Source of the DNA: Patescibacteria group bacterium
GTDB lineage: Bacteria > Patescibacteriota > Patescibacteriia > PEXW01
Length of the DNA: 64,000 nt
Direction of reading: 5' to 3'
Assembly: GCA_038065235.1 (NCBI GenBank)
Contig: JBBTRK010000016.1
Coordinates: 11,308 to 75,307 of the forward strand
A model generated the notes under the pieces. That model searched no databases, was not told where the DNA came from, and saw only the letters and a list, made by a program, of their open reading frames with translations. The position numbers and the translations under genes are program-made. Shown here one piece after another: positions 1 through 9,664 of the stretch. Each line of letters begins with the position of its first letter. Position 1 is the first letter of the stretch.

Positions 1-777
1 GCAGTTGCCAGTTGGTGCACGGCACGTATCGTCTGCACGGCGAAGCTTAGTGATCCCTGTGGCTCATGTGCGGGGTGTACGAGTGTAAAACGACAGGATG
101 GGCTCATGCTCCTCCAAACTACATTAGGCGAGCGCCCGACGTACGCGGTTGATGACATCCGCGCGATTCGTAGCCATCTTGCCTTACGCGCCGGGCAATC
201 AGGGCGACGCGTTGTCCGAATTGACAACGTAGATCGATGCACGGTCGCAGCGGCGAATGCGCTCCTGAAAATTCTTGAGGAACCGAGTATGGACGTGACG
301 TTCATCTTAACCACTGCATCTTCGGCGCGCGTCCTGCCCACCATCCGCTCCCGAGCAATGCTCTACCGTTTACAACCGGTGCCACGAACAACGATGGAAC
401 GTTCCCTGGCAGCGAGTGGTGTGCCAACTAGTATAATTTCTACTGTAATCGCTGTTGCGCCTGGTCAACTTGGTACTGCCGCAGCACTCGTTGCCTCTCC
501 AGATGCGCTCGCTTCGGCACAGTCTGCAGATGCAACTGCCGAAAAGCTTGTAGCGCAAACGACTACTGGGAGGTTCCGGACGCTCGCCACCTACCTCGAG
601 GGGAAGCAAGAGGCAGGGGTTCAGCGGCAACAGGTGCGTTCACTGTTTGCGGCATTCGCTCGACGCGCGGCAACCGACCAGTGGGTTCAACAACGTCTCG
701 GGCGTCTCCTCACCGGACTTATAGATCTACAGAGCAATAGTCAACCTCGTCTACTCCTCGAAGCTTTCGTTACCTAG
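1..777 (+). CDS. holB: DNA polymerase III delta' subunit (HolB)-like, 5'-partial. The reading frame is open from base 1, so the gene starts upstream of the window.
   Basis: Frame 1 is open from position 1 (…CGSCAGC… Zn-motif-like, then VVRIDNVDRCTVAAANALLKILEEPSMDVTFILTTASSARVLPTIRSRAMLYRLQP, typical of the delta' sensor/box region). The listed ORF 106..777 is just the first internal Met. Confidence 0.6.
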   Translation, partial: AVASWCTARIVCTAKLSDPCGSCAGCTSVKRQDGLMLLQTTLGERPTYAVDDIRAIRSHLALRAGQSGRRVVRIDNVDRCTVAAANALLKILEEPSMDVTFILTTASSARVLPTIRSRAMLYRLQPVPRTTMERSLAASGVPTSIISTVIAVAPGQLGTAAALVASPDALASAQSADATAEKLVAQTTTGRFRTLATYLEGKQEAGVQRQQVRSLFAAFARRAATDQWVQQRLGRLLTGLIDLQSNSQPRLLLEAFVT

Positions 778-784
778 CAACACC

Positions 785-1843
785 ATGAAGAAACTTCTCC
801 TCGCAATTCTTGCTCCGCTCGCACTCACTGGATGTGCCATCCAGTTCAATACGGGAAGTTCTGCACCCGCGAAAAGCGATGGTGGGGTTTTCGTGTCGCT
901 TGATCGGGGCGTCTCGTGGGAGCAGAAAGTATTCATTCGTCAAGAAGAGAAAGGCCCGGTTACCATTGGGCATGCGAACATTGGGCACTTCTACTTGCAC
1001 CCAACCGATACGGGCATTCTCTACGTGAGTACGCTCGAGAACGGTATTTGGAAGACAGATAGTAATGGTGATTCCTGGACGCAAACGCCGTTGAAAACCG
1101 GTTACGTACAAGGGTTCGATATTGATCCGCGTACCCCCGAGACCATGTACGCAGGCGTTGGTAATACTGTGCAGAAGAGTATTGATACTGGGGCAACGTG
1201 GCAGGTAATGTATACGAACCAACCCGGCAGCACCATCGTGAGTGTTCGGGTTGACCCAATGAATACAAAAGTGGTACTCGCGGTTACCGCCAGTGGCGTG
1301 CTGCTGAAGAGCGACGACCAAGCCGTGACGTGGCGCATTGCGTATCAATTCCCGCAGCTGGCATTTGGGCAGCTCATGTATTTGAAGAATGACTCACGGA
1401 TAATGTATCTGACGCACAGCACCGGCGTATTCCGTTCTACCGACGGGGGAGTGACGTGGACAGATAGTATAAGCCAAGCGCTGGCGAAAGCAGCAGTAGG
1501 GAACATGAATGATTTCACCTTCACCGCACGTACTCCATCAGTTATGTACGTGGCCGGAACGAGTGGCCTCTTCCGCTCTCAGGATGGCGGTGCGACGTGG
1601 CAGGTTGTCCCAACGGTCATTCCACCGAACACTGTGTCCATCTTGTCCGTCGCAATAAACCCATTCGATGAGAATCAGATCTACTTCACGGCGAATTCTA
1701 CATTCTACAAATCTGATGACTTTGGAAAGACCTGGCAGACGCTCAATAACGTCCCATCGACACGCCAGTACACGAAGCTCTTTGCCAATCCCGGCCGGCC
1801 TGGTTTGCTTCTCCTCGGTACATTCTACGTAAAGAAGAAGTAA
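785..1843 (+). CDS. Secreted lipoprotein with BNR/Asp-box repeats (beta-propeller, Ycf48-like)
   Basis: Signal peptide with lipobox LALTGC. At least six S-x-D-x-G-x-[TS]-W-like repeats (GVSWEQ, GDSWTQ, GATWQV, AVTWRI, GVTWTD, GATWQV, GKTWQT). Confidence 0.55.
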   Translation: MKKLLLAILAPLALTGCAIQFNTGSSAPAKSDGGVFVSLDRGVSWEQKVFIRQEEKGPVTIGHANIGHFYLHPTDTGILYVSTLENGIWKTDSNGDSWTQTPLKTGYVQGFDIDPRTPETMYAGVGNTVQKSIDTGATWQVMYTNQPGSTIVSVRVDPMNTKVVLAVTASGVLLKSDDQAVTWRIAYQFPQLAFGQLMYLKNDSRIMYLTHSTGVFRSTDGGVTWTDSISQALAKAAVGNMNDFTFTARTPSVMYVAGTSGLFRSQDGGATWQVVPTVIPPNTVSILSVAINPFDENQIYFTANSTFYKSDDFGKTWQTLNNVPSTRQYTKLFANPGRPGLLLLGTFYVKKK

Positions 1844-1848
1844 CCGTT

Positions 1849-2400
1849 ATGGCAATTGCAGAATCTAGACGCGGAGATTTTGAGAAGACACTTAATCACC
1901 TGCAGCAAGAGCTTGCCAGTGTTCGAACTGGTCGAGCCAACCCTGCCATGGTTGAGTCGATTGTTGTCGATGCGTACGGCACGCCAACACCGTTGCTGCA
2001 ACTCGCCAGCATTACCACGCCAGAGTCAACACAGCTACTCATTCAACCCTGGGATCCGAACATTGTGAAGAGCATTGAGAAGGCGCTGCAAGCGTCGGCG
2101 CTCGGCATAATGCCAACCGTGGAGGGGCTCGTCATTCGGCTGCACTTTCCGCCACTCACCGAAGACCGCCGAAAAGAGCTCGTCCGAGTCGTGCGGGAAA
2201 AAATTGAGATGGCGAAGGTTTCCATTCGAGGGATTCGCGAAGACATTCACAAACAGGTGAAGCTCGCGGAGCGCGACGGTGCACTCTCAGAAGACCAAGC
2301 AGCCTTAGAATCGAAAACGCTCCAATCAGTTGTAGAGGAATTTACCGAGCGCATTGTCACGTTCGGTGCCGGCAAGGAGAAAGAAGTCACCACAATTTAA
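1849..2400 (+). CDS. frr: Ribosome recycling factor
   Basis: 183 aa. RRF-like sequence throughout (…SVRTGRANPAMVESIVVDAYGTPTPLLQLASITTPESTQLLIQPWDPNIVKSIEKAL…). Confidence 0.85.
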   Translation: MAIAESRRGDFEKTLNHLQQELASVRTGRANPAMVESIVVDAYGTPTPLLQLASITTPESTQLLIQPWDPNIVKSIEKALQASALGIMPTVEGLVIRLHFPPLTEDRRKELVRVVREKIEMAKVSIRGIREDIHKQVKLAERDGALSEDQAALESKTLQSVVEEFTERIVTFGAGKEKEVTTI

Positions 2401-2403
2401 CGA

Positions 2404-3504
2404 ATGCAAACCCTCATCACCTTCATCATCGTCCTTGGTCTTTTAGTGTTCGTCCATGAACTCGGGCACTTCGTTATGGCCAGGATTCTGGGCGTCCGCG
2501 TGAAAGAATTTGGCTTCGGCTTCCCACCCCGATTGTGGGGAATGAAGCGAGGCGGTACAACCTACAGCATCAACTGGATCCCACTTGGGGGTTTCGTTCG
2601 GCTGCACGGGGAAGATGGCGAAGAGCACGATCCAGGAAGTTTCGTCGCGCAGCACGCGTGGAAAAGGTTTCTCATTCTCATTGCAGGTGTCAGCATGAAC
2701 GTCGTCTTGGCTGCCGCAGTCTTTGCCATTGGGTTCGCCACTGGTTTGCCAACGGATATGAGTGCTGGGACCCCAGCTGGGGGGCGAGTTCGCGATGTGC
2801 AAGTCCAAATAATTGATGTTGCCAAAGACTCTGCTGCATCGACAATTCAGTTACTCCCGGGTGATAGTTTGCTCGAGCTTAATGGGCAAACGGTAACTTC
2901 AGTGGAAGATGCCCAACGCATTGCCCGTGATGCCGGGATCGCGAATGTGAGCATTACATTCCGTCGAAGTGGGAAGGTTGTACAGCGAACCGTGCTGTTG
3001 GCAAAAATTCCCGATTCAGACCGTACTGGGTTAGGGGTAAGCCTGGTCAAAGTTGGCACGGTTTCGTACCCGGTGTTCCAAGCTGTATGGGAAGGTACAC
3101 GCGCTGCCGGCAGTGCATTGTGGGCAATCGTGCAAGCATTCGGTCAGCTCCTGGGGAACCTAGTGCGTACCGGCAGTGCGGGGACAGAGGTGGCTGGCCC
3201 TATTGGTATCGCGGTTCTCACTGGTCAGGTATCCCGCTTAGGGTTTGCTTACCTCTTGCAATTCGTTGCCCTACTCTCGCTCAATCTTGCCGTCATAAAC
3301 ATCCTCCCCATCCCGGCACTCGATGGTGGCCGAGTTCTATTCTTGCTTCTCGAGAAGTTGCGTGGTAAACCCATGAGCCGGATCATTGAAGCGAAAATTC
3401 ATAATACCGGGTTTGCCATTCTCATCGCGCTGGTCACGCTTATTACTTTTCGCGATGTGCTTAAACTCGATGCTTTTCAGTCTCTTTGGAACCGCTTCTT
3501 CTAA
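2404..3504 (+). CDS. rseP: RseP-type site-2 protease (M50 zinc metalloprotease with PDZ domain)
   Basis: HELGHF HExxH motif in TM1, a PDZ-like central domain, and a C-terminal LDGG motif. Confidence 0.8.
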   Translation: MQTLITFIIVLGLLVFVHELGHFVMARILGVRVKEFGFGFPPRLWGMKRGGTTYSINWIPLGGFVRLHGEDGEEHDPGSFVAQHAWKRFLILIAGVSMNVVLAAAVFAIGFATGLPTDMSAGTPAGGRVRDVQVQIIDVAKDSAASTIQLLPGDSLLELNGQTVTSVEDAQRIARDAGIANVSITFRRSGKVVQRTVLLAKIPDSDRTGLGVSLVKVGTVSYPVFQAVWEGTRAAGSALWAIVQAFGQLLGNLVRTGSAGTEVAGPIGIAVLTGQVSRLGFAYLLQFVALLSLNLAVINILPIPALDGGRVLFLLLEKLRGKPMSRIIEAKIHNTGFAILIALVTLITFRDVLKLDAFQSLWNRFF

Positions 3505-3510
3505 CCCACT

Positions 3511-4734
3511 ATGCTCCAACGGAATCTTTTTATCCCGACCCAAGCGAAACCTCCAGCCGTTGAAGTTTCGAAGAACGGCAAGCTCTTGCAGCAAGCCGGA
3601 TTTGTAGATAAATTACATGCCGGCGTTTATTCCTGGTTGCCTTTGGGTTTGCGTGTGCTAAATAATATCGCCGCGGTTATTCGGGAAGAGCACAATGCCT
3701 ATGGGGCGAGTGAAGTGCTTATGCCAGCTTTGCAACCGAAAGTGCTCTGGGATGAAACTGGTCGGTGGGAGTCACTTAAAGAAGTAATGTACCAGTGGCA
3801 GGATGACGAGAAACACGTCGGCCTTGCCTCGACGCACGAGGAAGTAATAGTTGATTTAGTTCGTCGCTCGCAGCCGACCTACCACGACCTGCCGAAAGGC
3901 CTGTACCAAATCCAGTGGAAGTTCCGTAACGAACCCCGAGCGAAGTCTGGTGTCATGCGTGGTCGTGAGTTCCTTATGAAAGACCTATACAGTTTCCACG
4001 CCACTGCCGCTGACTTAGATTCGTACTACGCTGGCGTGCATAAGGTGTATCAGAAAATTTTTACCCGACTTGGGTTAGTAGCGCACATCACAGAAGCATC
4101 AGGCGGAACGTTCACAAAAAGAAATAGCCATGAGTTTCAAGTGTTAAGCGATGCCGGTGAAGACCGGGTATTGGTGTGTTCAGAATGTGATTACGCCCAG
4201 AATGCTGAACTTGGCACACCCGAAACCTGCCCGAAATGTGGGAAGCCTGCCGCTATCCAGAAGAGCATAGAGGCTGGTAATACTTTCAACTTTGGCGATT
4301 ACTATGGTAAGACCATGAGTTGTACCTACGCGGATGATAAGGGCAAGCGGCAACCATTGTTTGTGGCCAGTTATGGAATTGGGGTTTCACGCTTGGTTGG
4401 CACTATTGCCGAAGTGTTTAGCGATGATAAGGGTTTAGTCTGGCCCACCGCGATTGCCCCATTCAAGGCGCACGTCCTTACCATTGGGAAGCTCGACGAT
4501 ACGTTGCGTCAGCAAGCCTTGCACTTCGAGCACACACTCCCCGAGGAAGTACTCCTCGATGACCGAGATTTGAGCCCTGGCCATAAGTTCACCGATGCCG
4601 ACCTCATTGGTTTGCCGTACCGCATTGTGGTCAGCACGCGTCAAGGGCAGAACGTCGAAGTGACGACGCGAGCAACGGGGGAGCAGCAGATTCTGACCCC
4701 GAGCGCGGCACTGAAATTAATTCAGACTGTATGA
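3511..4734 (+). CDS. proS: Prolyl-tRNA synthetase, minimal bacterial type. A C4 zinc ribbon sits where the INS editing domain normally is.
   Basis: The N-terminus aligns with E. coli ProRS (…LMPALQP..LW.ESGRW…THEEVI.DL.R…YQIQ.KFR.E.R…GVMR.REFLMKD.YSFH). Motif 3 GIGVSRL is present and there is a C-terminal anticodon-binding domain. Confidence 0.85.
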   Translation: MLQRNLFIPTQAKPPAVEVSKNGKLLQQAGFVDKLHAGVYSWLPLGLRVLNNIAAVIREEHNAYGASEVLMPALQPKVLWDETGRWESLKEVMYQWQDDEKHVGLASTHEEVIVDLVRRSQPTYHDLPKGLYQIQWKFRNEPRAKSGVMRGREFLMKDLYSFHATAADLDSYYAGVHKVYQKIFTRLGLVAHITEASGGTFTKRNSHEFQVLSDAGEDRVLVCSECDYAQNAELGTPETCPKCGKPAAIQKSIEAGNTFNFGDYYGKTMSCTYADDKGKRQPLFVASYGIGVSRLVGTIAEVFSDDKGLVWPTAIAPFKAHVLTIGKLDDTLRQQALHFEHTLPEEVLLDDRDLSPGHKFTDADLIGLPYRIVVSTRQGQNVEVTTRATGEQQILTPSAALKLIQTV

Positions 4735-5795
4735 TATTCGATAGACTCCTTGGAAAATTCTCACGCGACCTCGGAATAGACCTCGGCACATCGAGTACCC
4801 TGGTGTACGTGAAGGGGAAGGGGATTATGATTAATGAACCCTCCGTCGTTGCGGTGAACACTCGCACCGAGCAAATTCTTGCCGTGGGTTCTGAAGCTCG
4901 GAAGATGGTTGGGAAAACGCCGTCGCACATCATCGCCGCGAAACCAATGGTTGACGGGGTTATTTCGGACTTCGAAGTGACCGAGAAAATGCTTCGCTAC
5001 TTTGTCGATAAGGTTCACCGCGAAGGGTTTACCCTCATTCCCCGTCCACGAGTGGTAATTGGTATTCCCCTCGGCGTAACCGAAGTCGAACGGAAAGCCG
5101 TGGAGGATGCAACGCTTCACGCTGGGGCGCGAGAGGTCTACCTCATCGAACAGCCAATGGCGGCAGCGATCGGGGCGCGGCTTCCAATCCAGGATGCTGC
5201 CGGCAACCTCGTCGTTGATATAGGTGGCGGGACAACAGATATTGCGGTTATTTCTTTGGGTGGGGTTGTGACCTGGCGGAGCTTACGAACTGCTGGGAAC
5301 GCTTTCGATGCGAGCATTATGCAGTACGCGCGCGAGCACTTTAACCTCCTCATCGGTGAGCGGACAGCAGAAGAGACGAAGCTGAGCATTGGCAGCGCGA
5401 CCGATGAATTCGATACGCTCGATACGAAAGTCCGCGGCCGTGATCTCATTTCTGGCCTGCCGAAAGAAGTCACCATGACCGGTCAACACGTACGTGAAGC
5501 GTTAAGTCACACCCTGAGTATCCTCATTGAAAACATAGGGAGCGTCGTTGAGAGCACCCCCCCAGAGCTCGTGGCTGATATTCATCAACGGGGCATCCTC
5601 CTCACAGGCGGTGGGGCACTTCTTCGCGGTTTGCCAGATCTTATCCAGCGAGAAACGAAAATTATTGTTCACGTCGCGGATGATCCGCTAACAGCCGTCG
5701 TCCGCGGAACTGGTATTGTTTTAGAAGATCTTGAAAACCTTCGACATATGCTCGTGCTCTCTACTGACAGCTCAAGCCCAGGAACCAAACGCTAG
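4731..5795 (+). CDS. mreB: Rod shape-determining protein MreB
   Basis: Actin-like ATPase motifs (DLGTSST, DIGGGTTD…). Start codon overlaps the proS stop. Confidence 0.9.
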   Translation: MIFDRLLGKFSRDLGIDLGTSSTLVYVKGKGIMINEPSVVAVNTRTEQILAVGSEARKMVGKTPSHIIAAKPMVDGVISDFEVTEKMLRYFVDKVHREGFTLIPRPRVVIGIPLGVTEVERKAVEDATLHAGAREVYLIEQPMAAAIGARLPIQDAAGNLVVDIGGGTTDIAVISLGGVVTWRSLRTAGNAFDASIMQYAREHFNLLIGERTAEETKLSIGSATDEFDTLDTKVRGRDLISGLPKEVTMTGQHVREALSHTLSILIENIGSVVESTPPELVADIHQRGILLTGGGALLRGLPDLIQRETKIIVHVADDPLTAVVRGTGIVLEDLENLRHMLVLSTDSSSPGTKR

Positions 5796-5798
5796 CGT

Positions 5799-6602
5799 AT
5801 GGCATCTTCCTGGCGCCGACTCTCTTCTGTCGGTTTGGTTATTACCACCGTACTACTCCTCGGTATCCTCCTCACAGTTGGCTTCCTTGGGCCTGTGCAA
5901 CGTGTTCTCGCACCTGTTCTCCACCCAATTGGTCGTGTTTCGTACACGCTCGTCGATCGCATCGCGACATTCTTTCGGCACCGCACATCTTTGGCTGAGA
6001 GTAAACGTGAGAATACTGACCTCAAAGCTCGCCTCATTCAAGCGGAGCTTGACCGTGCTTCACTCAATCAACAACTCGCTGAACTTAAAATTGTGCGGGA
6101 AGAAGCTGATTTTCTCAAACGTCGGTCACTGCAGGGCGCAACTGGGAGGGTTATTGGTCGGTCACAGACCAACTCTCAGGCGCTCCTCATTGATATTGGC
6201 ACGCAGCAAGGAGTCCACGTCGGTGCTCCGGTGCTGGCGAGTGGAGGTGTACTTATTGGTACGATTATCGACGCCAGCGAGGTAACGAGCAATATCCGGC
6301 TCTTGACGGCTGAAGGGACGAATATAGCGGTACGTGTCGAGAAGCAAGACGGCCCGTCAGGTATTCTCGTCGGGGAGCGAGGTGTAGGAACTCGGCTGAC
6401 GTTGGTTCCGCGCAGTGATTCATTGCAACCTAAACAATCAGTGGTAACCGCTGATATTAATCCCCAAGTCCCAAGTGGTTTGCTTGTTGGAACAATTTCA
6501 GTCATTGATGTTGCCCCTGGGGCGCTCTTCCAAACGGCGACGGTTATACCATCAATTCCTTATGAACGTCTCAATGTCGTCACTGTGCTCCGTCGTACGT
6601 GA
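5799..6602 (+). CDS. mreC: Rod shape-determining protein MreC
   Basis: N-terminal TM and coiled-coil followed by beta-rich domains. Sits between mreB and mreD. Confidence 0.65.
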   Translation: MASSWRRLSSVGLVITTVLLLGILLTVGFLGPVQRVLAPVLHPIGRVSYTLVDRIATFFRHRTSLAESKRENTDLKARLIQAELDRASLNQQLAELKIVREEADFLKRRSLQGATGRVIGRSQTNSQALLIDIGTQQGVHVGAPVLASGGVLIGTIIDASEVTSNIRLLTAEGTNIAVRVEKQDGPSGILVGERGVGTRLTLVPRSDSLQPKQSVVTADINPQVPSGLLVGTISVIDVAPGALFQTATVIPSIPYERLNVVTVLRRT

Positions 6603-7120
6603 TCTACATACGATCAATTCTACTCATCCTCCTTGCCTTTGCTCTGCACCTTGGGTGTACGGCGCTCGTGCAGGTTGGTTGGCCGCCGCAGCCACTTGTT
6701 TTGCTCACGGTGCTCACCGTTTGGCTTGATCGAACATCAGTTATCACCCGAACGCTTGTTCCCACTGCGCTCCTGGTCGATATACTCCAACCCACGCACG
6801 TTCCACTCGTTACCCTTGCGGTACTCGTTACATGGTTCGTTGCTGCTCTTGTCCAGCGCCAATGGCTTACGAACCATTCACTCGTATCGTTACTGGGTTT
6901 GACTATACTCAGCGTTACTGCGGTTACTATTGTCACTTCTGCTAGCTTGTGGATTGGAGCGAGCCTGGGAGGAAATGCAACCTCGTTGCGTGCTGTTTGG
7001 TCATCTTCGGATGTTCTGCAACGTATGGGCATTGAGGTTGCGATCACACTCATCATGGGTATCTTGCTTCGAAGCTCGGTACGGTTCTTCCGCAGTCGTT
7101 TCCTCTATGCCCCACGGTAA
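6599..7120 (+). CDS. mreD: Putative MreD (polytopic membrane protein)
   Basis: About 5 TM helices, 173 aa. Overlaps the mreC stop and lies immediately upstream of PBP2. Confidence 0.45.
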   Translation: MIYIRSILLILLAFALHLGCTALVQVGWPPQPLVLLTVLTVWLDRTSVITRTLVPTALLVDILQPTHVPLVTLAVLVTWFVAALVQRQWLTNHSLVSLLGLTILSVTAVTIVTSASLWIGASLGGNATSLRAVWSSSDVLQRMGIEVAITLIMGILLRSSVRFFRSRFLYAPR

Positions 7121-9056
7121 CCCATTCGACGTTGTCCCTGTTGCAGGCCTTGGGCGCTCGAAGGTCATCCGACGTTTTCGGAGTTTTGAGTTCAGCGATG
7201 CAACCCTCGATGCCACGGAAACCGATAGTCCAACACTGAAGCACCAAGTACAGCCAAACCGACTGCGCGCGCTCATGATTTTATTCTCCGTGATCGTTAC
7301 CATACTTCTTGGCCGTGGAGCTTGGCTGCAAGTTTTCAATGGTGGGTCCATGCGCGACGCGGCTGAAGAAAATCGCACCCGACTCTACACCACGCCTGCT
7401 CCGCGGGGCATCATCTACGATCGCAACCATACTGCACTCGTCGAAAATGTCGCCGAGTTCACACTTGGTATCATCCCTGGTGATTTACCGAAAGACCAAC
7501 AGGAACGAACACGAGTCATTCAGAAAATTTCTGAAGTTGCAAAAATCCCTCTCGATACTTTGCTGCTAATAGCAGGAAAAAAATCTTCAAGTACTGAATT
7601 GAGTATTCTGCAGGAGCATGTGCCATACCATGATGCGCTTGCCCTCCGTGTTCGTTTACAGGATGAGCCTGCAGTACAAGTGAAAGCCTCACCTCGGCGT
7701 CACTACCTTACTGACCAATCGTTGAGCCCAGTGTTGGGATATACGGGGAAATTTACTGACCAAGAGTGGCAGAAACTTCTCGAAGAACTACAAACCGAGT
7801 ACCGCTTCATCGACGTCATTGGAAAAACCGGTTTAGAAGCAACTTATGAAGCGCAGCTGCGCGGGACGAGTGAGAAATCGGCAGTGGAAGTAAATGCTCA
7901 ACGCCGTGAGCAGAAGGTTATTACGTCTGAACCTGCAATTCCTGGGCAAAACCTTTTGACGACGATTGATGCTGGTTTGCAAACAGCATTGGGTACTGCG
8001 CTAACTGCAGCATTGAAAAGTTACCATTCTACAGGCGGTGCTGCCGTTGCCATAGATCCTCGGACTGGTGGAATACTTGCCATGGTGAGTATGCCGACGT
8101 ACAACAGTAATGATTTCGTCACAGGTCTTTCAACAGATGCGTACCGTGCGCTCACTTCGGATGTGCGTCGCCCACTCTTCTTCCGCGCCATAGCTGGCGA
8201 ATATCCCTCCGGCTCAACCATTAAACCCGTCATCGCCAGCGCTGCGCTTGATCAAGGAGTCATTACACCTCAGACGACAGTCATGAGTACTGGCGGCATA
8301 AAGATTGATAAGTGGTTTTTTCCAGATTGGAAAGCTGGTGGCCACGGCGTGACGAATGTCACTAAAGCTATTGCCGAATCGGTTAATACATTTTTCTACA
8401 CCATTGGCGGTGGCACAGACTCATTCACAGGGTTGGGAATTGATCGAATGACGCAGTACGCTCGTGCATTCGGCTTCGGTGCTCCAACGGGCGTCGATAT
8501 CCCCGGTGAACGCGGGGGCTTCCTCCCGAGTAAAGCGTGGAAAGAGCAAGTTAAAGGTGAACCATGGTACATCGGTGATACATACCATTTCGCCATCGGT
8601 CAGGGTGACCTCTTGGTAACACCCTTACAAATGGCGCTTTCTACAGCGACGATTGCCAATGGCGGGACGCTCTACAAGCCACACTTCGTACAAGCATTCG
8701 AAGGGAACAACCAAGATATTCGACAGGTATCACCAACCGCACTTCGGTCACCCGTCGAACATCCCGATGCAATTGCGACTGTCCGCCTTGGCATGCGCCA
8801 GGCCGTAACCAGCGGAAGCGCGCGAGCCCTGCAATCTCTTGGAACCCCTACGGCTGGGAAAACCGGCACAGCTCAATATGGAACCGAGAATAAAACACAT
8901 GCGTGGTTCATTGGTTTTGCTCCGTATGAGAATCCCACTATTGCCATTGCAGTTCTCGTTGAAGGTGGGGGAGAGGGGGGCGTCGCGGCTCTTCCAATTG
9001 CCAAAATTGGCATGCAGTACTGGTTAGAGCACAGTAAAACCCCTACAAAACCGTAA
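7107..9056 (+). CDS. mrdA: Penicillin-binding protein 2 (elongasome transpeptidase)
   Basis: TM anchor LRALMILFSVIVTILLG, SxxK-type transpeptidase (…SGSTIKP…), and SxN and KTG(T) motifs. Start assigned to the ATG at 7107 (RBS context); the listed ORF from 6930 is just read-through across mreD. Confidence 0.8.
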   Translation: MPHGNPFDVVPVAGLGRSKVIRRFRSFEFSDATLDATETDSPTLKHQVQPNRLRALMILFSVIVTILLGRGAWLQVFNGGSMRDAAEENRTRLYTTPAPRGIIYDRNHTALVENVAEFTLGIIPGDLPKDQQERTRVIQKISEVAKIPLDTLLLIAGKKSSSTELSILQEHVPYHDALALRVRLQDEPAVQVKASPRRHYLTDQSLSPVLGYTGKFTDQEWQKLLEELQTEYRFIDVIGKTGLEATYEAQLRGTSEKSAVEVNAQRREQKVITSEPAIPGQNLLTTIDAGLQTALGTALTAALKSYHSTGGAAVAIDPRTGGILAMVSMPTYNSNDFVTGLSTDAYRALTSDVRRPLFFRAIAGEYPSGSTIKPVIASAALDQGVITPQTTVMSTGGIKIDKWFFPDWKAGGHGVTNVTKAIAESVNTFFYTIGGGTDSFTGLGIDRMTQYARAFGFGAPTGVDIPGERGGFLPSKAWKEQVKGEPWYIGDTYHFAIGQGDLLVTPLQMALSTATIANGGTLYKPHFVQAFEGNNQDIRQVSPTALRSPVEHPDAIATVRLGMRQAVTSGSARALQSLGTPTAGKTGTAQYGTENKTHAWFIGFAPYENPTIAIAVLVEGGGEGGVAALPIAKIGMQYWLEHSKTPTKP

Positions 9057-9068
9057 TTTTGTTGAGGG

Positions 9069-9097
9069 TTGACACATTTGCGCGTAGTGCGTATTCT
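9069..9097 (+). promoter_or_regulatory. Sigma70-like promoter for greA. The -35 TTGACA is at 9069-9074, a 17-nt spacer follows, and the -10 TATTCT is at 9092-9097.
   Basis: Seen directly in the sequence, 12 nt after the mrdA stop and about 35 nt upstream of the greA ATG. Confidence 0.35.
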
Positions 9098-9131
9098 TTC
9101 AACCACGTTTCGCTATTTTTTTGTTGTGCTT

Positions 9132-9590
9132 ATGTCTACGAAGCAATTTGTGACCGCTGAAGGGTTAGAGAAGTTAACTGCAGAGCTCCACCGGCTCAAG
9201 ACAGAGAAGCGCAAAGAACTTGCGAACCGGATTCAAGATGCAAAAGAACTCGGCGACTTGTCGGAGAATGCTGAGTACCAAGAAGCGAAGAATGAGCAGT
9301 CTTTCGTAGAAGGACGGATTGCAGAAATTGAAGATATCTTAAAGAACGTTGAAATAATTACTCATACAAATTCTGGGATAGTCCAAATTGGATCAATGCT
9401 TACAGTCAAGATTCTTGGGGTCGAGCAAACCTTTACCATTGTTGGTTCAAATGAAGCGAATCCACCTGGGGGTCGCATTTCGAATGCATCACCCTTTGGG
9501 CAGGCGTTCCTGGGACGTAAAGTTGATGATGTCGTGAAGGTAAAAACTCCTCGGGGAGACGTTGAGGCAACGATAAAAGACATTCGCTAG
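9132..9590 (+). CDS. greA: Transcription elongation factor GreA
   Basis: MSTKQFVTAEGLEKLTAELHRLK… coiled-coil N-terminus and FKBP-like C-terminus. The listed ORF begins at a TTG inside the promoter; the ATG at 9132 is preferred. Confidence 0.85.
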   Translation: MSTKQFVTAEGLEKLTAELHRLKTEKRKELANRIQDAKELGDLSENAEYQEAKNEQSFVEGRIAEIEDILKNVEIITHTNSGIVQIGSMLTVKILGVEQTFTIVGSNEANPPGGRISNASPFGQAFLGRKVDDVVKVKTPRGDVEATIKDIR

Positions 9591-9664
9591 TACCATATAT
9601 AGCACGCTATAGATGGGCTAGTTTTTGGTTTGCTGAAAGTACGAGAAAATGCTACAACATCACC

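Noticed and set aside
770-1348. Long antisense ORF (192 aa) and other listed ORFs lying opposite well-supported genes (e.g. 38381..39172 +, 24875..25165 -, 50040..50612 +, 53433..54011 -, 63009..63698 +)
   Set aside because: They overlap genes with strong family signatures on the other strand and have no recognisable motifs and no RBS context. Long shadow ORFs like these are expected opposite coding sequence.
6930-7106. Upstream extension of the PBP2 ORF across mreD (listed start 6930). Similar 5' extensions occur for greA (9069, TTG), ftsQ-like (13426), gltX (17780), wecG-like (18499), def (22300), hpf (42420), mraY (51130) and pilN (57275).
   Set aside because: The extensions overlap upstream genes and lack family-typical N-termini. 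Internal ATG starts match homologues and give compact non-overlapping or 4-nt-overlap arrangements.
9591-9664. Intergenic regions (9591-9664, 14800-14898, 35064-35142, 53209-53262, 58691-58746) scanned for tRNA, small RNA or riboswitch features
   Set aside because: No T-loop (GTTCGA[AT]TCC) or cloverleaf-compatible segments and no convincing conserved structures seen by eye. Only weak promoter-like hexamers.
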